Below, in pieces: positions 10,977 to 21,007 of a stretch of 39,575 nucleotides of DNA (the first letter of the stretch is position 1; the number at the start of each line of letters is the position of its first letter). The stretch spans positions 1 through 39,575 of the forward strand of contig JAANOX010000135.1 in assembly GCA_020184695.1 (NCBI GenBank). The letters run 5' to 3'. The position numbers and the translations under genes were made by a program. The DNA is from Histomonas meleagridis 2922-C6/04-290x. Taxonomy: Eukaryota > Protista > Parabasalia. The notes below the pieces were generated by a model. It did not search any database and was not told the DNA's origin. It saw only the letters and a program-made list of their open reading frames with translations.

Positions 10977-11321
10977 TTAATAAATTAATAATAATTCTAA
11001 CATAAAATATTCTGGTTCAATTTCTTTACCATTCATTTCTTTAAACCATATTTTAAAATTTGGTTTTCTACTTTTTATATTCATATTTCTTATATTTAGT
11101 TCTATTTTCATTTGTATAAATACAAAAAAATAATCTTCATAATGATCACGTTCAATGAAATCAGCATGCATTGAAACATCAGATACTAAATATTCCTTAA
11201 ATTTACACTTACATTGTTGTACTACTATATATCTAGGATTTTGAGAATCCACAAATTCAGGCGGAAAACGGTTTTCTTTTTGTGAAGTACAAAAATACGT
11301 TTTAATCACTGGTTTAACCAT
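10977..11321 (-). CDS. Probable minor capsid (penton-like) protein
   Basis: Likely ATG at 11321 (MVKPVIKTY); beta-rich, ends FKIWFKEMNGKEIEPEYFMLELLLIY, resembling single-jelly-roll penton C-termini; adjacent to fiber; inference. Confidence 0.5.
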   Translation of the reverse strand: MVKPVIKTYFCTSQKENRFPPEFVDSQNPRYIVVQQCKCKFKEYLVSDVSMHADFIERDHYEDYFFVFIQMKIELNIRNMNIKSRKPNFKIWFKEMNGKEIEPEYFMLELLLIY

Positions 11322-11359
11322 AAATAAAAATAAAGGTTGTAATGAGACCAAACAATAAC

Positions 11360-11643
11360 CGTCGCTTTTTGACTACTAACCTCCGATCAAAGATAAATCA
11401 AATAGGATAAATGTCCGACCAAAGATAATCGGGGACAATTTGTGCTGGTTATGCGAGGTTTTTGTTAGGTTTATGCGAAAAGTGGTGCTAAAAGTGCTAT
11501 CGTTCCTATCAAAAAGTTTCGCGTTCTCTCAAAATTGAATGTGCATTCAAATATTCAGACGAATTGTATGGCTCACAAAAATCATTTTGATTTTTGTAGC
11601 GAGCGGAGCGAGCACACTCTGGGGATTGGAGGGGTCTGAGGCC
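11360..11643 (-). repeat. Right terminal inverted repeat of copy 1
   Basis: Reverse complement of 1-271. Confidence 0.93.
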
Positions 11644-11697
11644 CCTCCGGAGGGGTCCGAATGGCACCTCCGGAGGCCTCAGACCCCTCCAATCCCC
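11621..11697. other. GC-rich terminal hairpin: 23-bp perfect stem with two internal CCTCCGGAGG palindromes
   Basis: GGGGATTGGAGGGGTCTGAGGCC (11621-11643) pairs perfectly with 11675-11697; internal palindromes at 11642-11655 and 11667-11676. Confidence 0.95.
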
Positions 11698-11712
11698 CCA
11701 GTGAAAACTTAA

Positions 11713-11732
11713 GGTCGGGATCAGTCCCGACC
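11713..11732. other. Small 8-bp perfect hairpin distal to the terminal hairpin
   Basis: GGTCGGGA-TCAG-TCCCGACC. Confidence 0.85.
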
Positions 11733-11741
11733 GCATTATAT

Positions 11742-12836
11742 ACCTACCCAAGCTCAACAGGATGTGAGATATGCAAAACCTAGAGCACGATAACCAGATG
11801 GATCACGTTTATTAACATCACGTGTTAAATCAGAACCTCAAAGAAGATATGTTACAGAGGGTGATGCTCAATATATTTTCGATGATGATTTAAGTCATTA
11901 TCAATATACTGGTTCTGATAGAACATTAATTGATGAGAATATAAAAGCTTTAGCACATTTTATTCTTGATTTAAAGAAAGATGTTAGAAAAGTTAGAGAT
12001 GCACAAACATATGGAGGTGCTTTGGAATATGTTAACAAACATAATGATGGTAAAGATGAAAAATATCATTGGTCAGTAAAAAAAAAAGATGTTAATGCTG
12101 ATGGAATTCCAGATATTATTATAAGAGATCAACATAAAAGAGCTAAATTTGTTATGGATAGACAGTCAAAAAACAAGATCCTTATCAAGTAGCATATATG
12201 GAATATTTACAAAATAATTATGATAATCCTACACAAAGAAAACAATATGTAGCAGATGGAAATAAGATTAAAATATTTAATGAATGGTTAAATACTGAAG
12301 TAAGAAAAGTAAATTATCCAAAACCATTTGATGATCCAATTGTTACATATAATTCTGCATATAATGACTTTAGGGAAAAAGTGAAAAGGGCTAATGATAA
12401 CTATTATAGAGATACGGGTATTATGAATATTTATAAATTACATAGTACTCCAAGAAGAAGGTCAGCAAATGCAGTATTTACTAGTTTACTCGTTAAAGAT
12501 GCATATAATGAATTCAGTGATGGTTTTATAGATAATACTGAATATCAAGGAAGAATTAAGGCTTATTGTCCAATATTTCAATTATCTCTCGTATTATTTA
12601 AAACAATGATTATTTGTAAAGTAGAAGTTATATTACAACAACATAATATTTCAGATATTGCTAAAGGTAAAAAATATAAAATGCCAGAGTCAGGGGAAAG
12701 TTATTATTCAACTGCTTGTAAAAAAGTTGTTACTGATTTGTTAAATGACTCTAATAATGAACAAATAATGCTAGATGCAGTCGAAAAATATGTAGTAAGT
12801 ATAATTGGTACACCTAATGGACTAGCAGATCGATAA
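11742..12836 (+). pseudogene. 5'-truncated divergent paralog of the 5545-7014 gene (element copy 2)
   Basis: DENIKALAHFILDLKKDVRK...DVNADGIPDIIIRDQHKRAKFV aligns with DENMDTLAHLILDLKKDVKK...DINKDGIPDVIVADQHKRAKFV. Confidence 0.8.
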
Positions 12837-12865
12837 ACAAAAATTTTTAAAATCATTATTTTTTT

Positions 12866-13348
12866 ATGATTAAAATAAGTGATTTATCACCCCATGTAGG
12901 GAAGGATAATCCTGAACATAATAGTTCTAGTGCTAATTGTAAAGTTATTATTATTAATAATAACAATAGTGAAACACCAGCACATTATCCTGAAGTTAAT
13001 GAAGAAACACCAAAAATAATTACAAGAGAAACTGAACTTAATACTGATAATGCAAGTGCTTTATATAAACATATAGCTTTAACATTTAGTGCAATATTAA
13101 AAACAAATAATATGAAATTAATAGCAAATTTAATTGATAATAGTGGAAAAATTATTATTAATGCTAATGATTTAGTACAAGCTATAAGTTTAATTTTAGA
13201 AATTGATTTTAATCAAGTTAGATTAAGTTATGAAGATCCTGAACCTGGATGTTTAAAACATGTAAATCCAATTAAAAAAGTTAACTCAATTAAGATTAAT
13301 GGTTATGATTTTAGTTCACAATATAATAAAGAAAAAAACATATTAATG
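12866..13348 (+). pseudogene. Near-identical copy of the 7053 gene, truncated by the MULE
   Basis: Homology ends at ATTAATG 13348; the ORF runs on into foreign sequence. Confidence 0.85.
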
Positions 13349-13976
13349 TATAAAGGGAACGTATTTTACATACGCACTTTTATACGCGCTTTTCGTAATA
13401 AACTATTCAAATACGCACTTTTTTGAATGCACGCCGATCTAACCGAAAAAATTCCAATTTTTTTGATTTTTTTTAAACTTCGAAAATCAAACTTAATGAT
13501 TTTCAATAAAATTAATATATAATATAGCTTATATAAAGTAATAAAATAATTTAATGTTAAATCTTCAAAAAATTAATTCTAAAATGAGATAAGATCAATT
13601 TAAAAAAATATTTTTATTTTAAAATTCCAATAACATTAATCGAATCTACACATTCAAAAACATATATATATATAATGTTTTTTTGGATTAAAATATCTTG
13701 TATTCATGGGAAGAAATGAAGATATTTTCCAAAAAAATTGAATTGTATTGAATTATTGAATGAGTATTCAATTCTTACGTGGAAAAACCGTAAATAAAAA
13801 CAACACATTCAAAAATTTGCCGTCCGATATTTAACTCAAAAGTGATTTTCTGTTCACAATAAAAATATTTCCATTAAAAAAATGATAAACAAATAATTTT
13901 TATTACTATTATATGAAGAAAGATCAATCATTATTGACTATATCAGAGTTTTATTAATTTTATTAAATTAAATTTT

Positions 13977-14488
13977 TAATTCTCATCAAGCCACTTTTTT
14001 TTTTTTTTTTGAAATGAAAAAATTAAAAAAAATAATTTCGTTCACAATTTTCAATTCAATTTAAAATTGCAAAAATTTTATTGTTTATATAGAAAGTGCC
14101 TCTGAAATTTCCATACCAGCTCTTCTCATGTCTACTGAAAATAATGTGCAAAACTATTAATGTAAGCTAGTAACGTACAACATTTCATATTCTGATTCTT
14201 TTTAAATATAATGAATGCAACCATTTTGTCATGAGTAATAGGAAATGGTTCTTCGTGTATTAGATTTATCATCACTTTGGCATAAGCATGAATCAGCCTA
14301 TCATATGTACTTTTCGTTCCTGCTGAAACATTTGCGGCTGATATTGTATCAGCTTCAGCAAGTAATTGCTCCATCAATGACATTTTTAAATATGATTCAT
14401 AAAAAAAAAACTTAAAAACAATATTGAAAATTGTGAGCGAAATTACTTTTTTTAATTTTTTCATTTCAAAAAGTGTCGATGAGAATTA
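13977..14488. mobile_element. ~510-bp cassette with ~66-79-bp inverted repeats, inside the MULE
   Basis: 13977-14055 (TAATTCTCATC...CACAATTTTCAAT) inverted at 14423-14488; no TSD identified. Confidence 0.65.
14132..14383 (-). pseudogene. Tyrosine-recombinase N-terminal (SAM-like core-binding) fragment, Crypton/DIRS-like
   Basis: AGTKSTYDRLIHAY...PFPITHDKMVAFI...CTLLAYINSFAHYF matches the helical YR N-domain pattern; no catalytic domain follows. Confidence 0.5.
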
Positions 14489-14491
14489 CAC

Positions 14492-14556
14492 ATAATAAAG
14501 GCAACTTTTTAAGACGATGACCAAAGTTCTTCGTCTTAAAAAGTTGCCTTTATTAT
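14492..14556. repeat. Perfect 26-bp palindrome with 13-nt spacer
   Basis: ATAATAAAGGCAACTTTTTAAGACGA / TCGTCTTAAAAAGTTGCCTTTATTAT. Confidence 0.95.
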
Positions 14557-14599
14557 TTGTGAAATATCAATTAGATTGCATTCAAAATTTAGTTGATGA

Positions 14600-14930
14600 T
14601 TATTAAAACATTATATGCTAATTTATGCATTTACTCATCATTAATTATTTTATTCATTCATTATTATTTATCATAATGTATTTTGAATATTTATCATTCA
14701 TCATTATATATTATTGATCATTTATTGTTATATTTATTTATGAATAACATTATGCATTACATTAATGAATAACATTATACATTATATTATACGATATATT
14801 ATACATTACATTAATAATGAATAACAATATTCGTTACACTAATGAATAACATTATACAATATATTAATGAATGAAAATATAAATAACATCATACATTTCA
14901 TTATATATATATATATATATATATATATTA
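14600..14930. repeat. AT-rich degenerate tandem repeats (AATGAATAACATTATAC-like) ending in (TA)n
   Basis: Visible reiteration; inverted copy at 24530-24850. Confidence 0.75.
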
Positions 14931-15335
14931 ATTCAAATTAAAATTAATTTTCATTGATTTGTGAAGTTTAACATAATGAAATATTATATCACATTTTAGC
15001 ATATCAAATATTTATATATAAAAATTAAGAGATAAAAAATAACTTCTATCTCATATATTGGATATATATATAGATTTTATTAATTGTTTTGAAATTAAAA
15101 TAATAAAAAGAATTATAATAGCGATGGCTTGTTTATAAATTTTTCAAAAATATTATATATTCATTGAGAAAAATGAACAAAATTTTCGAATTTTTTTACT
15201 TAAATACTAACACTTTTAAATATTTTATTTGTTATGCCACAATTGATATATACCCTATTATTGAACGATCATTTTTAACACAAATACAATTTTTTGTGAA
15301 CATAACAGTCAAAAAGTGCCCAAACTTCACATTTT

Positions 15336-16170
15336 ATGAATTTGTGGCCTGATCGCCATTCTTCTCGTCAACAATGGACTCCAAGTCTTATTACTCATGA
15401 TGGTTATCAATACCGATATGATTTTCAATGCTTTACTCCAATGGATCAATGAATCAACACCAAAAGGTTTATATTATAAATACAGTTTCACAAGAAAAAA
15501 TTAGAAATTATATTCACCATTTAAATAAAATAGCTCAAGGAAATATAATTTCAATTGAAAAATCTTTAACATTAAGTAATGAGCGATTTGTATTATTTCA
15601 ACTCCGAAATGATAAGAAGCCAATAATAAGAAGCAACATATATTTATGCATTCCAAGCTTTTAAAAATAGTTTACAAAGATTCGGTAACGGTTTCAATGC
15701 GGACGTTAAGTCAATCTGCGATTTTGAAGCAGCAGAAATCAATGCAATTATAGAAGTTTTTATTACAAAATCAAATTCATTACAATTATGTTACTTTCAT
15801 CACACTTAGACAATTCGGAGGAAAGCTCAAAAAATTTATCGGAAATAATATCAATAATAATTCATTCCATAATTTAATTAAAACAATTAATATTTTATCA
15901 AGAATTCCGAAAAAAAGTGCCGTCAAATTAATTGAATTTTTACCTGAAATTGAATGCATTGATGGAAGCATGCAGTAGTTTATTAAATATTTCATTAAAA
16001 CTATTTATAGAAAATATTCTATCGATTATTGGAATTCTGAAGGCAAACCCAGAAGTGACATTCTGACAAATAATATCAACGAAAGTTTCAATAGAAAAAT
16101 CAGTAATTCAATTGGGAAAAATTCAAATATCTCACAATTTTGCACAATCATTCAAAAACTGGAAAATTAA
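15336..16170 (+). pseudogene. MULE transposase remnant
   Basis: LITHDGYQYRY, SICDFEAAEINAIIEVF, CYFHHT*TIRR, LTNNINESFNRKI; first catalytic D region absent; stops and frameshifts. Confidence 0.85.
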
Positions 16171-17010
16171 ATGAAAAACAAATATAATTGCATTAATTTT
16201 AGATAAAATACTTTCCGGTTGGGATTTCGAAAAATCTTTTTTACATCAAATTAATGATTTGAAAAAAAAACGAAGTTTTTAATAATGCATTAAAAAATCA
16301 AAATGACGAAAAATTTGGTCTGAAACCATTACCACATTCCAAACCCCCTATAAAATTAGCTTTTACAATAAAAATACCACGATTCTCTTGGAACGAGAGA
16401 ACACAAAAATGGGAATTGGTGGAAGATGATGATAATAAAATTCTGAAATGAACGTTGAGAAAACCGTAAAAAAAATGAGAAAAAAAAAAATTATGATAAA
16501 AAAAGGGTATCTTTTTACAGCACAGTGTTCTGCAGCACAGTAAACCGATAGAACTTTTTGATTGGTTTACATAAATATACATTCATTGTATTCTAACATA
16601 GAACTTAATTGTAACCATATTCAATAAATTTAATCAAAACTCTATACAGACATGGTTTCTTACGACATAATGGTATAGTATTAACTTAAATTTTGATGTT
16701 TTATGAAAATAAAAGACAAATTATTTTTAAATTTATATATATCAGTTAAAATGATTATATTAAATATATAAAATATCAGTAATAATTAATTGGAGTGAAT
16801 ATTTTCGCCACACCAATTTTATACTTATTGTATAATCGGACATCAACCATTATAAACTGATAACATCACCACCGTTTATATAACCGTTCATATTTGAAAG
16901 TAAATCAATCTATCGGTTTTCCCAATACGTTTTGTTTGCTTTTTAATCGGTGAAGGGTAATTTATTGTTGTAAAAAAACGATAGGAAATTTCAAAGAAAT
17001 AATTCAATCA

Positions 17011-17242
17011 AGAATAAAAATATAAGAATAACACAATATGATCAACAAACAAGAGTAACAATATAAGAACAACACAATATGATTAACAATATAAGATTGA
17101 CAATATAAGAATAAAAATATAAGAATAACACAATATGATTAGCAATATAAGATCAATACAATATAAGATCAATACAATATTAGATTAATACAATAAGATT
17201 AACAATATAAGAATAAAAATATAAAAATAACATAATATAATC
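17011..17242 (+). repeat. Degenerate tandem repeat (AATATAAGAATAACACAATATGAT-like)
   Basis: Reiterated units upstream of the zinc-knuckle ORF. Confidence 0.75.
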
Positions 17243-17273
17243 ATTACCAGTAAATGCATCGAATGAACCTGAA

Positions 17274-17612
17274 ATGGTGGTCTCACGAAAGAAAGGAAGA
17301 AAAAAGAAAAGTCAAAACGAACCAGAAGTTATAAGTGAAGATACGCCATCATGCAGAATATGTAAAAGTGAAGAACACAGAGCAGAAAACTGTTTGATAT
17401 ATAATTATTACATTTGGAGAAAAAACAATTTTTCCGGTCCAAAAAATAATTTTAAATGTAAAGTTTGTGGCTCACGGGGTCATAATTCACAAACATGTGA
17501 CGTAAAAAGAGGAGGAGTATTTCGGATAAATGATGAAGTAATTTATTCTTTTTATGGAGATATTTTTCCAAATAATATTGAAGGTTTAATACTAGAAAAA
17601 AGTAATGAATAA
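17274..17612 (+). CDS. Small protein with two CCHC zinc knuckles and a basic N-terminus
   Basis: CRICKSEEHRAENC and CKVCGSRGHNSQTC (CX2CX4HX4C); RKKGRKKK. Confidence 0.7.
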   Translation: MVVSRKKGRKKKSQNEPEVISEDTPSCRICKSEEHRAENCLIYNYYIWRKNNFSGPKNNFKCKVCGSRGHNSQTCDVKRGGVFRINDEVIYSFYGDIFPNNIEGLILEKSNE

Positions 17613-18199
17613 AAAATTCATTGAAATTTGTTATGAATATATTCGATAATCAAAAATTTTCATCTTGAACTGAAATGTTGGGATTTTTTATCTCCACGTA
17701 ATGAATGTGTAACAATTGTTTGCTGACTGAAATGATCAGCTATCATTGTCAACAATCCAAAAAAAATGATTTTTGCGCCAATTAAATAATTTGCACAAAA
17801 ACTTCATTGAATATCGACGTTATCAAAATGACATATTGTCAAAATTTGGTTTTTACCGGGTAAATATTCGATATGAACAAAACAAAAAGTTCTATCGGTT
17901 TACTGTGCTGCAGAACACTGTTCTATAACAAGACATCCATAAAAAAATATAATATAAGATAAGATAAGATAAGAAATAAAAAAATAAGAAAAGATATTAG
18001 AAAAAGGAAAGCCTGGGAAAATAAGGGAGTGCTTGGGTGGGGAAAAGAATAAAAAATTTGGAAAATATGTGTAAAAAAAAAATCAAGAATAGGAAAATTC
18101 CAAATAAAAATATATCAATAAAAAATACATAATTCCCATTTCGAATTATCGAAAAATTACAGAATATTTTCATTATATGTGAAATATATTATTTGATGT

Positions 18200-18486
18200 A
18201 TAAAACAATGTGTAATATTGTTCATATTGTCATTCATTAGTGTATTGCATTATGTCATTAATTTATGTATTGTATAATGTCATTAATTAATACATTGTAT
18301 AATGTTATTAATCGATGTATTGTATCATGTTATCAATTAATGTATTGTATAATGTTATTAATTAATGTATTGTATAATGTTATTCATATTGTTATTAATT
18401 AATGCATTGTATAATGTCATTAATTGATGTATTGTTTAATGTTATTCATATAGTTATTCATCTATGTATTGTATAATGTATTGTAT
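18200..18486. repeat. Degenerate tandem repeat (TGTATTGTATAATGTTATTAAT-like)
   Basis: About 20-22-nt reiterated units. Confidence 0.8.
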
Positions 18487-18556
18487 AAGCTTGGAATGCA
18501 TAAATATATGTTGCTTCCTATTATCGGCTTTTTATCATTTCCGAGTTGAAATAATA
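18487..18556 (-). mobile_element. Distal piece of inverted MULE copy B (split by the mariner insertion)
   Basis: Reverse complement of ~15593-15662. Confidence 0.9.
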
Positions 18557-18632
18557 CAGGGGGGTAAAAAAGTACCCAACCCACCCCTCAAAAATGCTCA
18601 AATCTTAATATTAATTAATTTAGTTAATGTTT

Positions 18633-19500
18633 TTAATTAATGTATTCACCATTGTTTCTAATGACATCTTCCAATCGGTTAATCCATTCATGGAACACAT
18701 TTTGAAGGTCTTCGAAAGTAAGATTGTCCCATATTTATTATTTAATGGCACTTTTTAACTATTTTTCATCGTGAAATGATTTACCTGCGGACTTGTTTTT
18801 CGAGTATCCGAAAAACCGGAAGTCACTTGGTGCAATATCGGGGGAATATGGCGGATGGGGTGCTCTTATTAGTCCGCTTTTTTTTTATACAATCAGTGGT
18901 CACTTTTGAATTATGAATGCGACAGTTGTCCATTTGAATAAACATACCCTCAACTTTTTTCTTTCTAGTACCAATTCGTCCATTTTTGACGATGCTGGAT
19001 AAAATGCATCCACAAAAATGTGTTAAATTAAATTTTAAACCTGGATCTAAAATCTTAACTGTTACAAGGCCAACACCAGTAAAGAATATTGTAACCATCC
19101 GTTTTTTTTTGTATTGATACTTTGTCTCAACCTTGGTGTAACAGAATCTGGATTTGGTGCCCATTGAAAGGCATGATCATAATGCATATTAAACCAACTT
19201 TCATCACCAGTAATAATATTGGCAAAATTGTTTGGTTCATCTGCCTTAAGTATCTTTAAAAGTTCTTCTGATTCTTGGACCCTTTTTAATTTTTGTTCAT
19301 TAGTGAGTAAATGAGGAATCCATTTTTTTGAATATTTATTATAATTCATTTCTAATTAGTTTCTCTTAACAACAAATTTATCAACGTGGAAAGCTTTTGC
19401 CATTACCTTGGTTGATGCATAAGGTTCATCATTGAAAAATTTAAAATTAATTCCTTAATATCGATTTTTGGCCTTCCACTCCTTGGGAGATCTTCGCCTG
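18633..19500 (-). pseudogene. Mariner (DD34D-type) transposase A, 5'-truncated
   Basis: RSGRPK, KWIPHLL, ITGDESWF, IQMDNCRIH, PYSPDIAPSDF across frameshifts. Confidence 0.9.
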
Positions 19501-19502
19501 TA

Positions 19503-20410
19503 TATGGTGATAATATTATTACACTTCGAACAGTTCAGAAATGGACAAAAAAGATGAATGAACATACCTTCTCAATTTTCGAACAGAAAAAAATAGGGAG
19601 ATTAAGAAGATCAGATTTAGATCAAAGAATAACCAGTTTTATATTAAGTTATCCATATGCATCGACGAAGAAAATTGCGAAGAATGTAGGCGCAGATCCA
19701 AAAACAGTGAAAAATATAATGATTAATATTTTAGGGATGAAAAAAGTTAACTTCGAATGGATCCCACATAAGTTGACTCCAGAAATTAAAGCCAAAAGAG
19801 CTGCCATTGCTTCTGAATTATTTGAATTCCTTTCTAGTTCAAATGACTACAGACTAAGACACATATTGACGCAAGATGAAACCTGGATTTATTTTGTTAA
19901 CGGGAGAAACTCGATGTGGATTGAATCTGGAGTGCAAAAACCATACAAACCCAAACAAACTATTGCCTCCAAAAAAATAATGATATCTGTTATATGGTAT
20001 ATAACTGGTATCAAATCAATAACAATGCTCCCGATAGGCCAAAAATTTAATCGAATTTTATTTTCTGAAGTTGTACTTGGAGATTTGGCAAAAAGAATTT
20101 CAACGAAGGGATATTTTTTGCATATGGATGACGCCCGGCCTCATTTGGTTCATGAAAAATTGAATGAATTGGGGATTAAAAGACTTCCGCAACCCACGTT
20201 TTCGCCAGACCTCGCACCTTCTGACTTTTTTCTGTTCGGATATCTAAAAAAATGCTCGAAGGTGAGGAGTTTGAAAATGAAGATCAACTTTTTCAAAAGG
20301 TTGAAACATTACTGTATAATATTCCTAAAGACACCTTCAGAGCCGTATATAATGAATGGATGAACAGACTTTTAATTACAATTGAAACTCAAGGTGAATA
20401 CATATCATAA
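19503..20410 (+). pseudogene. Mariner transposase B, 5'-truncated, frameshift near 20250
   Basis: WIPHKLT, ILTQDETW, LHMDDARPH, PTFSPDLAPSDFFLFGYLK. Confidence 0.92.
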
Positions 20411-20451
20411 ATTTACAAAATTTCTTTTACTTTTTTATTCATTAAAAACAA

Positions 20452-20481
20452 GGCTAACGAACGCACTTTTTCCACCCCCTA
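20452..20481 (-). repeat. Right TIR of mariner B
   Basis: Reverse complement TAGGGGGTGGAAAAAGTGCGTTCG..., similar to the outer TIR, followed by TA. Confidence 0.65.
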
Positions 20482-21007
20482 TAATTGGTTTAATTTAAGT
20501 TCTCAAGAAGGATATATGGGTTGTTTTTGCTAGTAAATAAAATATAATTTGTTTTCCAATAATTAGATGTGCATTATATTATGATTAATAAAATATTTAT
20601 CATTTTGACAATTCAAAAAAAATTCAGATATCTTTAGATACTATAGAGCAATTCGTGGTTTTTGTTCATATTTTCACATGGCAGTATTTGTATATTATAT
20701 ATGTATAATATATTTATAGAATGTTAGGTGAAAAATAAAATATTAGAGATTTTTTAGAACTTTATTTTAAGATAATATTCTTAAATTCTGTCTGACAGAC
20801 TCCTTCCTTATAGAAGCATATGCTTAAAACATATATTTTGGATGTTTTTTATGAAACTTTAATATTGGTGTCACAAATCATCGAAGAAAATTGAATACAA
20901 AATGGACGTTAAACTCGCCCAAGAATTGTGAGAAAACGGCTAAATGAATACTTTATGGTGACGATAGAAGCTCAGGGTTTATCAAAAAGTCAAAAAATTG
21001 AATCGAG

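Larger units (their letters stand above)
1..11735. mobile_element. Endogenous Polinton/Maverick-like virus (capsid, penton, packaging ATPase, integrase, fiber; no polymerase seen), copy 1
   Basis: Bounded by inverted repeats 1-271 and 11360-11643; virion-module and integrase genes inside; left terminus probably extends just upstream of the window; right boundary approximate. Confidence 0.8.
13355..16260 (+). mobile_element. Degenerate Mutator-like element (MULE) with cargo, copy A
   Basis: GGG-starting left end with repeated TACGC(A/G)C; MULE transposase remnant; 13419-15662 recurs inverted at 18487-26026; right end not found. Confidence 0.65.
16522..17921. mobile_element. 1.4-kb non-autonomous TIR element with perfect 39-bp TIRs
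   Basis: ACAGTGTTCTGCAGCACAGTAAACCGATAGAACTTTTTG (16522-16560) exactly inverted at 17883-17921; no TSD found. Confidence 0.85.

Noticed and set aside
1-11735. Bacterial prophage or contaminant, because of the phage-like fiber
   Set aside because: No Shine-Dalgarno/operon pattern, terminase or portal; nested among eukaryotic transposons, with Inr-type promoters.
11509-11757. Track ORF across the TIR and hairpin
   Set aside because: By-product of GC-rich palindromic DNA; not protein-like.
14600-18486. Tandem AT repeats (14600-14930, 17011-17242, 18200-18486) as CRISPR arrays
   Set aside because: Degenerate units without unique constant-length spacers, no cas genes, eukaryotic context.
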